The position numbers and the translations under genes were made by a program. Below are positions 1-9,928 of a stretch of 64,000 bases of DNA, piece by piece. Each line of letters starts with the position of its first letter. Within the stretch, counting starts at the first letter, position 1. The stretch spans positions 64,001 to 128,000 of the forward strand of contig JAVZXS010000001.1 in the NCBI GenBank assembly GCA_038886535.1. Direction: 5' to 3'. Source of the stretch: Candidatus Micrarchaeia archaeon (GTDB lineage Archaea; Micrarchaeota; Micrarchaeia; CABMEP01). A model generated the notes under the pieces. It saw only the letters and a list, made by a program, of their open reading frames with translations. It did not search any database and was not told the DNA's origin.

Positions 1-982
1 ACCTGCATCAATATCTGGTGAGATTCTACCAGTCACAGCAACCAAGATCTATGTTAATCTTGCAGAACCAGACATGGCTGAAAAGATAGCAAAGCTATCC
101 GTTGACGGGGTTGGCTTATTGCGTGCAGAGTTTATGATAGCGTCTATAGGCGAGCATCCAAAGAAGATGTTAAAAGAAGGAAGAGAGCAGGAGTTTATAG
201 ATAGACTTGCAGATGGGATAGCTAAGATTGCAGGCGCATTTTATCCAAGACCGGTTGTCTACAGAGCAACTGATTTCAAGACAAACGAATACAGAAACCT
301 AAAAGGTGGAGAAGAGTTTGAACCAAAAGAAGAAAATCCAATGATGGGTTATAGGGGAGCAATGAGGTATATAAAGGAGCCTGAGCTTTTCAAGATGGAA
401 TTAAAGGCAATTAAAAAAGTCAGGGAAGAATTTCAGCTGAAAAATGTATGGCTGATGATTCCATTTGTAAGGAGATCAGAACAGATAGTAAAGATAAAGA
501 AAATCATGGAAGAGGAAGGTTTGCATCAATCAAAAGACTTTAAGCTTTGGATCATGATTGAAGTTCCAAGCACTGTTTTCATGATTGAAGAGATATGTCA
601 GACTGGAATTGATGGGATATCCATAGGAAGCAATGACTTAACACAACTTATACTAGGAGTAGATAGAGACAATTCATCTATTGCATCTGAGTTTGATGAG
701 AGAAGCACAGCTGTTTTAAGAGCAATACAATATGTAATAAAAGTCTGCAGAAAATATGGAGTAACAACATCAATATGCGGCCAGGCACCTTCAGTTTATC
801 CAGAGATAGCTGAAAAATTAGTTGAATTCGGAGTTACAAGCATATCTGTCAATCCAGATGCAATCGAAAGAACAAGAAAGATAGTTGCTGCAGCTGAACA
901 AAAAGTTTTACTTGAAAGAACAAGGAAAATATTAGAAAAGATTGGAATAGAAGATGAACAAGTTAAGCACACTAAAACATGA
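1..982 (+). CDS. ppsA: Phosphoenolpyruvate synthase, C-terminal part (gene starts before the window)
   Basis: Frame open from base 2 (TATKIYVNLAEP); motifs GVGLLRAEF, EENPMMGYRG, MIEVPS, SIGSNDLTQ, SICGQAPS. Confidence 0.95.
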   Translation, partial: PASISGEILPVTATKIYVNLAEPDMAEKIAKLSVDGVGLLRAEFMIASIGEHPKKMLKEGREQEFIDRLADGIAKIAGAFYPRPVVYRATDFKTNEYRNLKGGEEFEPKEENPMMGYRGAMRYIKEPELFKMELKAIKKVREEFQLKNVWLMIPFVRRSEQIVKIKKIMEEEGLHQSKDFKLWIMIEVPSTVFMIEEICQTGIDGISIGSNDLTQLILGVDRDNSSIASEFDERSTAVLRAIQYVIKVCRKYGVTTSICGQAPSVYPEIAEKLVEFGVTSISVNPDAIERTRKIVAAAEQKVLLERTRKILEKIGIEDEQVKHTKT

Positions 983-1075
983 TCTCTATTTCTAATGTTT
1001 CTTTCTGTTTGTTTTTTATTCTTTTTCGTATTATCTTATTTATCACATTTACAGGTTAGGCTTAAGGTGTAATAA

Positions 1076-1726
1076 ATGGTTATTTATGTTGGTCTTTCAG
1101 GTACGATGCTTAGTGGAAAGGGTTTGATAAGAGAAATCATAAAGAAGAATTTCAAGACTTACGATATTAGTTTGTCTGATATGTTAAGAGAAGAGGCAGA
1201 TAGAAGAGGAATTGAAAAGACAAGAGACAATCTTAGGGATTTAGCAGATGAATTAAGATTGAAAAACGGACCAGGCATATTGGCTGAATTAGCAATAAAA
1301 AAATTCCAGTCCTTAGGAGATAAAATCCTAGATTATGAGGTAGTGGTAATAGATTCTATAAGGAATCCATGGGAAGCAGAAGCTCTAAGACAGACATTCA
1401 AGAAATACTTCTATTTGATTTTCGTAGATGCAGATGTAAGAATTAGATATGAGAGAGCACTTTCAAGAAAAAGAGAAGGAGAGGAAGTAATGGACTTTGA
1501 ATCATTCAAAGAACGTGATCACGAAGAGATGGCTGGAAGAGAGGACAGAAAGATAGAAGATACTGAAAGTGAACATGGCGGTGTAATAGATTATGGAGTA
1601 AATTTAGCAGCATGCTTAAGGAAAGCAAATGTTAGATTGATTAATGAAGGTTCAAGGGAGGAGATAGAGGAAAAAGTAGTTTCTCTAATTAAGAAAAGAA
1701 TGGAGGAGGTCAAAAAACCTATCTAA
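1076..1726 (+). CDS. P-loop nucleotide kinase-like protein (dephospho-CoA kinase-like)
   Basis: N-terminal GLSGTMLSGKG P-loop, IDSIRNPWE, FVDADVRIRYER. Confidence 0.75.
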   Translation: MVIYVGLSGTMLSGKGLIREIIKKNFKTYDISLSDMLREEADRRGIEKTRDNLRDLADELRLKNGPGILAELAIKKFQSLGDKILDYEVVVIDSIRNPWEAEALRQTFKKYFYLIFVDADVRIRYERALSRKREGEEVMDFESFKERDHEEMAGREDRKIEDTESEHGGVIDYGVNLAACLRKANVRLINEGSREEIEEKVVSLIKKRMEEVKKPI

Positions 1727-1776
1727 TAATCTTACAGACTTATGTGGGAGCAATATAGAGCAATATAAGTGATGAA

Positions 1777-2799
1777 ATGGTTATCGCACTAAAAGTTGAA
1801 AAGAAAAACGCCGAAAAGGCAAGAAGATTCCTTATCTCAAAGAAGCTAATAAATTTTAATTACAATCCATCTTCAAATAATGATTTCGTATTCTTTCCGT
1901 TAGATGAAAATATAAAAGAAAAAATGGAAGAATTAAATCAACTTAATTTCAAATTCGAACTATGTAAAAAAAGATTGAGAAAAAAAGAGAGCAAAAAAGT
2001 CAGTCTTCCTCCATTTGATATAATTGGTGATGTAGCAATATTCGAATTGCCAAAAGAATACAAAGATTTGCCTGAAAAACAAAAAGAAAAAATATCTAAA
2101 AAGATTGCATCGGATATAATGGAGCAGCATAAAAACATAAAATCAGTAGCAGTTAAAACAGGGGGAATAAAAGGTCCGTTTAGAATAAGGTCATTTAAAG
2201 TTGTTGCAGGAAGGAAGTCAACTCTTACAATACATAAGGAGCACGGTTGTAGATTCAAGCTAGATGTTTCAAAGGCATATTATTCCCCAAGATTAAGTTA
2301 TGAAAGAAAAAGAATTAACTCATTAGTAAAAGATGGGGAAACAGTATTTGTTCCATTCGCGGGTGTTGGACCTTTTGCTTTAATAATAGCAAAGAACCAT
2401 CCTAATTCAAAGGTCTATGCTAATGAACTAAATCCAGACGCATACAGCTATCTTATAGAAAACATCAAATTAAATAAGCTCACAAACGTAATTTCAATTC
2501 CTGGTGATGCGAGAGATTTATTGAAGAAAAAGGAGTATGAAGGAATAGCGGACAGAGTAATCATGCCTCTTCCTATGTCTGCAGATCAATTTCTTGATGT
2601 TGCTTTTTATCTGGTAAAGAATGGAGGAATTGTTCATTTCTATCATTTTACAGATTCAATTGAGAATGCAGAAAAAATTGTAAGCGAGGCTGCGAAAAAA
2701 CAAAAGAAAAAAATAAAGATTCTTCAATCAAGATTGGTAAGGGATTATTCTCCAGATATAATTGAGGTAGTGGTTGATTTTCAAGTATTAAATATTTAA
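1777..2799 (+). CDS. trm5: tRNA (guanine37-N1)-methyltransferase, Trm5 family
   Basis: FDIIGDVAI, YYSPRLSYER, SAM motif PFAGVGPF, ELNPDA, RVIMPLP. Confidence 0.9.
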   Translation: MVIALKVEKKNAEKARRFLISKKLINFNYNPSSNNDFVFFPLDENIKEKMEELNQLNFKFELCKKRLRKKESKKVSLPPFDIIGDVAIFELPKEYKDLPEKQKEKISKKIASDIMEQHKNIKSVAVKTGGIKGPFRIRSFKVVAGRKSTLTIHKEHGCRFKLDVSKAYYSPRLSYERKRINSLVKDGETVFVPFAGVGPFALIIAKNHPNSKVYANELNPDAYSYLIENIKLNKLTNVISIPGDARDLLKKKEYEGIADRVIMPLPMSADQFLDVAFYLVKNGGIVHFYHFTDSIENAEKIVSEAAKKQKKKIKILQSRLVRDYSPDIIEVVVDFQVLNI

Positions 2800-2869
2800 A
2801 TAATTATCGTTCTATTAATATATCAGACCAAGAGGCAGAGGCGAGACGATTACCGAAGGGTTAGACAAG

Positions 2870-3652
2870 ATGTTCGCGCAAAAGATAAAAGAGCAGGAAG
2901 TTGCCTCAGAGTCTAAGGTAAATGAGCAGAGAGAAAATTCTATTTTTGATAAAAACCTACTTATCGAAGATGCGTCTGATTTTTCAGACTTTGCAGACTA
3001 TAGGAGAGTTTGCGTTCCTATAAGATGCGGCTCAAGAATGGGTATCGTTTGTACTTTTTCGCACAAAGATAATCTTGATTCTAAGTTTGATACTCTTTAT
3101 ATAACAGGATTAAAGGATTTAATTGAATATAAAAAATATATAGAATCAGAAAAAATGAATTTTGATGTAGGTCCTGCTTATGCTATTGCTGCTATAATTG
3201 AAGATGGAGATTACTATAGATTTCTTTCAAAATTTATAGGAAAAATAAAAATGAATGATTTTGAACATATATTTCAAGTTAAAGAAAATGGAGAAACATA
3301 TCACATTCTTCCTTCAAAATATGAAACTGCATTTGGAAATATTGAGCAAATAGGATTGATCAGATTTTCGATTATTAAAGCATTTGGCATATCTGAATTT
3401 ACAAAAGAAAAGAGTGAAATAAATAAATTCATAATTGATTGGTTTGGTCAAAATAATAGTGAAAACGCAAAAAGATTAAGAAATATTCTAAACAATTCAA
3501 AGAGAAATAGAATTAAAGATATAGACCGAGAATTTTCTAATTGCATTATTTATGAAGGTATTTTTGAGAAGATTAAAACTTCATTTGAATTGGAAAATCT
3601 TGTGAATAAACTAAAGTTGTATATCGAATCAAATAGTAAGGAAATAGAATGA
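2870..3652 (+). CDS. Hypothetical protein
   Basis: 260-aa ORF with no recognised motif; converges on tRNA-Val. Confidence 0.6.
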   Translation: MFAQKIKEQEVASESKVNEQRENSIFDKNLLIEDASDFSDFADYRRVCVPIRCGSRMGIVCTFSHKDNLDSKFDTLYITGLKDLIEYKKYIESEKMNFDVGPAYAIAAIIEDGDYYRFLSKFIGKIKMNDFEHIFQVKENGETYHILPSKYETAFGNIEQIGLIRFSIIKAFGISEFTKEKSEINKFIIDWFGQNNSENAKRLRNILNNSKRNRIKDIDREFSNCIIYEGIFEKIKTSFELENLVNKLKLYIESNSKEIE

Positions 3653-3665
3653 ATTATAAAAAAAG

Positions 3666-3738
3666 TGGCCCCGCGGAGAATCGAACTCCGAATCTTCACC
3701 TTGTAAGGGTGACGTCTTAACCATTCGACTACAGGGCC
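3666..3738 (-). tRNA. tRNA-Val(TAC)
   Basis: Cloverleaf GGCCCTG...CGGGGCC-A; anticodon arm TCACC-CT-TAC-AA-GGTGA; GTTCGATTC T-loop; CCA not fully encoded. Confidence 0.97.
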
Positions 3739-3858
3739 GAAACATACAACGAAAATAAAGATCAGACTATAATATTATAGTATCTTGGATTTTTAAACTT
3801 TAATATTTATCCATTTTTATCTACAATCGATATCTATCTAAAATCAGATGGTGAAAGC

Positions 3859-4269
3859 ATGAATTCTTATACCGAATATCTTTGGTTTAATACAAAAAAG
3901 GAAAGAGAGATAATAAACATTACAAACCAGATAGAGGAAATTGTTAAGAAGAGCAAGGTGAAGGAAGGATTCTGTTTGGTTAGTGCAATGCATATAACTG
4001 CAGCTATATGGGTTAATGATGAAGAACCTGGATTAAAGGAAGATGTTATGGAATGGCTTGAGAGGCTTGCACCAAAAGCAGACTACAAGCATCACAGGAC
4101 AGGTGAAACAAATGGCGATGCCCATCTTAAGCGCACGCTAATACACCATCAGGTAGTACTGCCTATAACAAACGGTGAACTTGATCTTGGTCCTTGGGAG
4201 CAAGTGTTCTATATGGAGTTTGACGGACAAAGAAGGAAAAGAGTTATAGTAAAGATAATCGGAGAATAA
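3859..4269 (+). CDS. yjbQ: YjbQ/UPF0047 family protein
   Basis: [35 protein letters not shown]. Confidence 0.93.
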   Translation: MNSYTEYLWFNTKKEREIINITNQIEEIVKKSKVKEGFCLVSAMHITAAIWVNDEEPGLKEDVMEWLERLAPKADYKHHRTGETNGDAHLKRTLIHHQVVLPITNGELDLGPWEQVFYMEFDGQRRKRVIVKIIGE

Positions 4270-4273
4270 TCTA

Positions 4274-4585
4274 TCAAATATCTTGTTCTTTACTTTTTAT
4301 TTTTCCAAAAAGAATCCTCAATTCCTGTTTTGCCTTTTCCAAAATTATCTTTCTTTCAGGTTTTAATCTTCTTCCAGCTCGATTTATATAGAAATTTAAC
4401 ATAGACATTGCAGATTGGAAAGGAGCTCCTTTTCTTGCAATGCTTTCTTCTGCAGATTGTTTCAATGACTTTGCTATTCTTTTTGGATCTTTCCAAGTAA
4501 AGACACCAGGTTCTAGTGATAGTGCAAAACTATGCTATGTCATATATTGTGACCACTTTTTCTTTCTTTTATTTTTTGTTCTCAT
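4274..4585 (-). pseudogene. DUF3175-family gene with an in-frame TAG at codon 17
   Basis: Manual translation from ATG 4585: MRTKNKRKKKWSQYMT*HSFALSLEPGVFTWKDPKRIAKSLKQSA...SAMSMLNFYINRAG; TAG at 4535-4537; family-like sequence on both sides of the stop. Confidence 0.75.
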
Positions 4586-4586
4586 T

Positions 4587-4961
4587 TCATTCGTTCGGTT
4601 CTCCTTGTCCCAAGAGCTGGATTCCATGTCCACCTCTATATCTAGGTATCACATGAATATGGAGATGCATTATAACTTGACCTGCAGCCTCTCCGTTGTT
4701 TGAACCAATATTATACCCTTTAGGTTTTTCCTTTCCTACACTCTTCTCAATTTTTTCTTTTACCTTATTCAAAATCAAAGGCAATTCTTTTCCTTCTTCT
4801 TCATTCATTTCAAACATATTAACTATGTGTCTTTTCGGTATTATCATAGCATGCCCTTTTGAAACAGGGTATTTGTCCCAAACAGCAAATAGGTTCTTAG
4901 TTTCTGCGATATAATTCTCTTTCATTTCAGCAAGCTTACAAAAAATACAATTATTTTCCAT
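4587..4961 (-). CDS. hit: HIT family nucleotide hydrolase
   Basis: CIFC, YPVSKGH, AAGQVIMHLHIHVIPR histidine triad. Confidence 0.95.
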   Translation of the reverse strand: MENNCIFCKLAEMKENYIAETKNLFAVWDKYPVSKGHAMIIPKRHIVNMFEMNEEEGKELPLILNKVKEKIEKSVGKEKPKGYNIGSNNGEAAGQVIMHLHIHVIPRYRGGHGIQLLGQGEPNE

Positions 4962-5025
4962 CTCTTCACCTTCTTAATACTCAAATTTTCATAAGATTAA
5001 TTTTTATAATAATCTAGAATAATTT

Positions 5026-5544
5026 TCAGAATAATTCTTCCGCGGATTTGAAATTAGTGTATTTGTTTATTTTTTTTGTTATTTCATCTTTTTTAGGGTT
5101 TTTATTGAGCTCTTCTAAGATTGCTTTTATATTTTTGTATCTCTTTAATCTATGTTCATCTATCTTTATATCTGCCTCTAACAATTTTTCTTCTTCCAAT
5201 ATCATATCCTTTATCTTAGTAAGTAGTTTTTTCACTCCTTTAATTTCCTCGTTTTTCTTCTCTTTTTTCATTTTTTCCAGTTTCATTTTATTTTCAACCA
5301 ATCTTTTTTCTATTTCTGGAATTGAGATATTAAGATCATCGATTGCTTCGGTTCTTAATTTTCCTCGAGGAGAGTTTAAGCCAATTGTTTCAATTATTCT
5401 TTGTGGTGACAAACCATTCTTTTCCGCTAATTTTAAAATAAATTTGGCTTCTTCATCAGTAAATTTACATTTCTTTTTATAGTGCTCTAATTCTTCTTTC
5501 CATTCAGGTTTAATACTCTCTGCCTTTTTAATTGCGAATGGCAT
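5026..5544 (-). CDS. Hypothetical Lys/Glu-rich coiled-coil protein
   Basis: 172-aa ORF just downstream of tRNA-Ala. Confidence 0.6.
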   Translation of the reverse strand: MPFAIKKAESIKPEWKEELEHYKKKCKFTDEEAKFILKLAEKNGLSPQRIIETIGLNSPRGKLRTEAIDDLNISIPEIEKRLVENKMKLEKMKKEKKNEEIKGVKKLLTKIKDMILEEEKLLEADIKIDEHRLKRYKNIKAILEELNKNPKKDEITKKINKYTNFKSAEELF

Positions 5545-5568
5545 TTAGTCGCCCCATTTCTGATTTTA

Positions 5569-5640
5569 TGGACCTGGCGCGACTCGAACGCGCAGCCTCA
5601 TCCATGCCATGGATGCGCTCTACCATTGAGCTACAGGCCC
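5569..5640 (-). tRNA. tRNA-Ala(GGC)
   Basis: GGGCCTG...CAGGTCC-A with G3:U70 alanine determinant; anticodon arm CATCC-AT-GGC-AT-GGATG. Confidence 0.96.
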
Positions 5641-5765
5641 TTCAATATATGTATAAATAAATTAATAAAATAAGATTAAAAAACTTGATAGTAGAACAGC
5701 TAGATCTAAATCTAGCCATTCTTGCACGATAAATTAAAATTAGTAATTAAATTAAGTAAAAGAGG

Positions 5766-5999
5766 TTATGCTGGTGAGAAGAATACTATACTGTCTCCTC
5801 TTACTAGCATTGTACCTAATTTTCTTTTAATTTCTCCATTTTCAAGTTGTTCTGCATCCTGAAGAACAATATTCATATGTACATCATATGCAGTCATTGT
5901 TCCTCTAAGCTCTGTACCTCCTTTCAATCTTATTATAACTGGCTTGTTTAAGGCACCGTTCAATACATCAAATGGTCTATTTTCTGGCATTTCTCTCAC
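5766..5999 (-). CDS. lsm: Sm/Lsm RNA-binding protein (SmAP1)
   Basis: [15 protein letters not shown] (Sm1), LVRGDSIVF (Sm2). Confidence 0.95.
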   Translation of the reverse strand: MREMPENRPFDVLNGALNKPVIIRLKGGTELRGTMTAYDVHMNIVLQDAEQLENGEIKRKLGTMLVRGDSIVFFSPA

Positions 6000-6064
6000 C
6001 TATAAAAAACAGCAAATCTCTGAATTTGCTTATTTTAATATTATACGGAAAGAGATTATAAATC

Positions 6065-6595
6065 TTATTCTTTCTTCCTGGGCTTACTCTCCATATGTCT
6101 TTTAATGAAATAAGCTCCACCAATTCCTCCCATGCCTATTCCTATTGCGAGATTAGCAAGGAACCTAATTTTTAATGTAGCAAGGGTAAGAAATGGGTCT
6201 ATCCCTGAAAGAGTAAGAAGAATAGTTGTTGTTTCAAAATCAAATATATTCCTGAAGAAAAGTGAGATAGAATCACCATAAAGAACAGCTATAACAATAA
6301 TTAAGGCAGTTCCAAGGAATGCGCCTATGAAACCAGTAATAACCCCCACTTTCATTGCATCATAAATAGTTATGTATTTTTCATAATAATCTCTTACTAA
6401 AGCAACTGCATAATAACCTCCAATTGCTGCAAGGGGAAATAATATATTTAATCCAGGTATTCCAAGAATTATTCCTATTATTAAACCGCCAATAAATGCA
6501 GGAGTTATTGCTTCTGCAAAAGAGACACTTTGGTTTTCTTTTATTTCCAATTCTTTTTTGATTCTTTTACCTAGTAGCTCTCTTAAGGTTACCAT
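6065..6595 (-). CDS. Integral membrane protein
   Basis: About four Gly-rich hydrophobic segments. Confidence 0.75.
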   Translation of the reverse strand: MVTLRELLGKRIKKELEIKENQSVSFAEAITPAFIGGLIIGIILGIPGLNILFPLAAIGGYYAVALVRDYYEKYITIYDAMKVGVITGFIGAFLGTALIIVIAVLYGDSISLFFRNIFDFETTTILLTLSGIDPFLTLATLKIRFLANLAIGIGMGGIGGAYFIKRHMESKPRKKE

Positions 6596-6690
6596 TTGAT
6601 TACCTTTTAAATTTAAAGATCAGAACTCAAGACCTATTTCATTGGACATATGTCCTCAATACTCATAAGATTCATCATCTCATTAATATA

Positions 6691-6987
6691 TTATTCAAAT
6701 ATTGCTCCAAATCCGCCCGCTGCCGATTCCTCTTCTTTATGTATCATTTCTATTATTTCAGCTTCTTCCTTTTCGCTTGCTCTTTCTCCATTTATAGTTT
6801 TTAATTGTTCCTCAACAAATTTGAATACAGGTTCTTCTTCTGACTTTACATAAATAAATATAAATTCATCTTTCTCCTTAATTAAAGGAGCTATTCTACC
6901 AAATGATATAGGTGCATAAGGATCTTTTGCCATTAATGCATCCAACTCTTTCTTCTTGCTTTTTTCTACTTTATAAACTCTTTCCAT
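6691..6987 (-). CDS. Small hypothetical protein, probably conserved in archaea
   Basis: 98 aa, GAGGG SD, DPY..SF and C-terminal AAGGFGAIF. Confidence 0.7.
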   Translation of the reverse strand: MERVYKVEKSKKKELDALMAKDPYAPISFGRIAPLIKEKDEFIFIYVKSEEEPVFKFVEEQLKTINGERASEKEEAEIIEMIHKEEESAAGGFGAIFE

Positions 6988-7032
6988 TATAATCCCTCTT
7001 TTTATATTAGCAGTTTAAGTATTTTAATTCTA

Positions 7033-7131
7033 AGCCCGAGAAGGGATTTGAACCCTTGACCTCCTGTTTACGAGATTCGCCGAAACTTTATTATAAGTTT
7101 CTCAGGCGCTCTACCACTGAGCTACTCGGGC
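7033..7131 (-). tRNA. tRNA-Thr(CGT) with a 27-nt intron at position 30/31 (intron 7076-7102)
   Basis: Removing AGAAACTTATAATAAAGTTTCGGCGAA gives a perfect arm CCTGT-CT-CGT-AA-ACAGG; splice sites form a bulge-helix-bulge. Confidence 0.93.
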
Positions 7132-7184
7132 TTAAATATTATTTCCAGATTATGTTTATAAAGGATATCAATAAATTATTAGAT

Positions 7185-8480
7185 ATGAAACATCTAGTGA
7201 TTTTAGTTTTAATTTCATCTTTTTTAATTTTCGGATGCATTGGAATCGAGGAAATAATTTCAGAGCCGACTACTTTTAGCTTGAATGGTACAGTTAAATC
7301 AATTAATGGAGATGCAATTCCAAATGCAAAGATAGAGATGATTTCTAATAAAACATACTTCACATATAGCGATGACAATGGTTTTTATAAATTTTCAAAT
7401 CTTACACAAGGAAGCTATAAAATAAGAATAACTAAAGAAGGATATAAGGATTATAATCTTTCATTTATTTTTTATCCTGGAAGCTATGATTGGAATTTTA
7501 CATTAGTTAAAGACTGTTTATATTATGAAATTCCAACAAAAAGAGATTATTTAGTTATATATGGTTATAATGGAACTTTGTATCGTACAGAATTAACTTG
7601 TGATTTACCTTATCCTGAAAATTCATTATTAAATATTTCTTTTGATGGAACAAAAAAAGATATTTATTATATTGGTCAGAATAGAATGGTACGACTTTCA
7701 ATCGATAATATTAATCAGAAATATAATTCAATCAAGTTCTATTTTTTAATTGCGCTTAATGGAACTAATAGCATAAAGATATTTGAAAGAAAGGAGACAA
7801 CTATACAGGAGGCTTCATCTTTAATGCAAAATTATCTTGGAGAAAGGACAATGACCGATGTTTCAACAGGAAAGACAAAGAAAATGATTGATCCAAATAA
7901 TGAAGAAATTAAGATGATTGTCACAGACATTAAGAAAAGAGTAAACAGTGATAATGTTTGGGATGTAGCAAGGGAATTATTCATTTGGCTTAAAAACAAT
8001 ACTTCCTATTTCAATCAAGGCGGGGTAGACGAATATGTTCAGTCTCCAGCTGAGATGATGAAATCAAGGAAAGGTGACTGTGATGAACTAAGCTATCTTT
8101 ATATCTCTCTTCTCAGGGCAGCAGGTATTCCTTCGAGATATGTAGAAGGGTTTTTAGCCAAAGAAAATGAAACTAGGTTCGTAAGGCATATGTGGGTTGA
8201 ATTTTACGATGGAGAGTGGGTACCAGTGGAGGTAGCAGGAACTGGAAAAATTGAAGATGAAGTTAATACTAATTTCGGTGTTGAAAGAAACATACACGTC
8301 CCAATCTTTATAGATGATGGGACACAGGCATCTTTCGAAAGAACCGGATGCAAATATAAGTATTATGTTCAAAAGCCAGAAGTATCAAATTATGCCTATT
8401 ATACTTCAATACCATTTGATGAAGCGTATATTGCAGTTTGTAGTAATGGAGAAAGATATATTACTTATCAAAAAGAATAG
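7185..8480 (+). CDS. Lipoprotein with carboxypeptidase-regulatory-like domain and transglutaminase-like domain
   Basis: Start moved to ATG 7185 because the longer ORF overlaps the tRNA; lipobox LIFGC; LNGTV..GDAIPNA..SDDNGFYKF; GDCDELS..LLRAAGIPSRYV..HMWVEFY..WVPVE. Confidence 0.85.
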   Translation: MKHLVILVLISSFLIFGCIGIEEIISEPTTFSLNGTVKSINGDAIPNAKIEMISNKTYFTYSDDNGFYKFSNLTQGSYKIRITKEGYKDYNLSFIFYPGSYDWNFTLVKDCLYYEIPTKRDYLVIYGYNGTLYRTELTCDLPYPENSLLNISFDGTKKDIYYIGQNRMVRLSIDNINQKYNSIKFYFLIALNGTNSIKIFERKETTIQEASSLMQNYLGERTMTDVSTGKTKKMIDPNNEEIKMIVTDIKKRVNSDNVWDVARELFIWLKNNTSYFNQGGVDEYVQSPAEMMKSRKGDCDELSYLYISLLRAAGIPSRYVEGFLAKENETRFVRHMWVEFYDGEWVPVEVAGTGKIEDEVNTNFGVERNIHVPIFIDDGTQASFERTGCKYKYYVQKPEVSNYAYYTSIPFDEAYIAVCSNGERYITYQKE

Positions 8481-8535
8481 AAATTTAAATTCAAAAAACG
8501 TTAGTTAATATAACAGTTAAGACAAGTGATATTAT

Positions 8536-9924
8536 ATGCCGCCTATGTTAAAAGAAATTCAAAATGAAAGAGAGGAAATAAATAAAATATTAGGAAAAAT
8601 AAAAGAAATAGCAGAAAGAAAAGTGACAGAATTCTCTATAAAAGATTTAGAGGGTGCAAAAGGGTCTTTTTTTAAGATTGAATTGAATATAAAAAATGAT
8701 AACTTTAAGAAAAAACTGATAAATGAAGTTTATGATTTTATTAGGGAAAATGGTTACCAGATTGTATTCAGATTGGGAGAGGAAAGTAATAAGTCAATAC
8801 TTTATATTGGGAAAAGTTATGCAAGAGAGATAAACTACTTTTTACCATCTAAAGACATCATTCAAGGTTTTATTGATGATGCAATAAAAAGAAAAAATCT
8901 TACTGGAAAGGGATCCGAGCTTTATGCAAATCCTAACATGGGAATATTAGTAAAAGTAAAAGATGGAAAGGTAGAAAACGTAGCAATCCTTTCAGGCGCT
9001 TCTATTTCAATCCCATTAAGGACAGGTACTTTTCAATTAGGACAATTAGAAAAAGGAGGATGGATCATACCCTCTGGAAGAAAGGGTTTTTCAGAACTAA
9101 GGGAGAGATATCCCGATTCTTTTTCTTCTTCAAACTCACCTTATCCTTGGAGTATATTTAATCTTATGGGATCAGCCAAAATATCATTTAAAGGAACAGA
9201 AAAGCTTCACTTCCGTTCTTTAATCTATCCTGGTTTTACTGGAGAGGCACCGTTAGGAAGTGAGGCAGGAATACTTGATGATCTTTACAATCAAACTACA
9301 GCAGGCTGCCTTTTTGTTGGAGAGGGTTCGTTCTACGCAATTAAGAAAGGGAATAAATACATAACTGGAACAGACGAAGAGATAAGAAAGAAAGATATTG
9401 GAGTCTTATTGCATAAAGGAGAACTTAATCTTGAGCCATTAGAAGTAGGAACTAGGTTAAGAATGAGGAATGGAGAATGGGCAACCCTTTCTCTTGACCA
9501 ATATAATAATCAGGTGTGGCTTGATGAAAATGGATATTATGTTCCCTTCGATTCCATAAACTTCGATTGGGATTCAAAAGAAATGCCTCAAATAGTATGG
9601 AAGCCACCAGAATTTGGAGAATCTAGATTTATAAATAATGAAATATCAAATAAACAGATTTATATAGATGATAAAAGATATTATATTGTGGAAAAAGATG
9701 ATAAATTACAGGTTGTTATATATCCTCAAAGATATTATACAAAAGGAAAAGATATGAAACAATTAAAAGAAGAAATAAAAGATAATTTGTCAAATCTACT
9801 TAATAGAAAAGATCTCGAAATTTCAGAAGATGAAATTAAAAACTTAGATTATGCAATTAAAATTGCACAACTTACACCTATTATGATAAATATTGACATT
9901 TCTAAATTTTACGCGGAGAGGTGA
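8536..9924 (+). CDS. Hypothetical protein
   Basis: 462-aa ORF, GTGAT SD-like motif; no recognised domain. Confidence 0.7.
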   Translation: MPPMLKEIQNEREEINKILGKIKEIAERKVTEFSIKDLEGAKGSFFKIELNIKNDNFKKKLINEVYDFIRENGYQIVFRLGEESNKSILYIGKSYAREINYFLPSKDIIQGFIDDAIKRKNLTGKGSELYANPNMGILVKVKDGKVENVAILSGASISIPLRTGTFQLGQLEKGGWIIPSGRKGFSELRERYPDSFSSSNSPYPWSIFNLMGSAKISFKGTEKLHFRSLIYPGFTGEAPLGSEAGILDDLYNQTTAGCLFVGEGSFYAIKKGNKYITGTDEEIRKKDIGVLLHKGELNLEPLEVGTRLRMRNGEWATLSLDQYNNQVWLDENGYYVPFDSINFDWDSKEMPQIVWKPPEFGESRFINNEISNKQIYIDDKRYYIVEKDDKLQVVIYPQRYYTKGKDMKQLKEEIKDNLSNLLNRKDLEISEDEIKNLDYAIKIAQLTPIMINIDISKFYAER

Positions 9925-9928
9925 TATA

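Noticed and set aside
5699..6030. Short palindromes flanking the Sm gene (GCTAGAT/ATCTAGC and AGCAAAT/ATTTGCT)
   Set aside because: 7-bp arms are too short to assign a function from sequence alone
7056..7184. N-terminal extension of the transglutaminase ORF
   Set aside because: Overlaps tRNA-Thr on the opposite strand; the signal peptide starts at 7185
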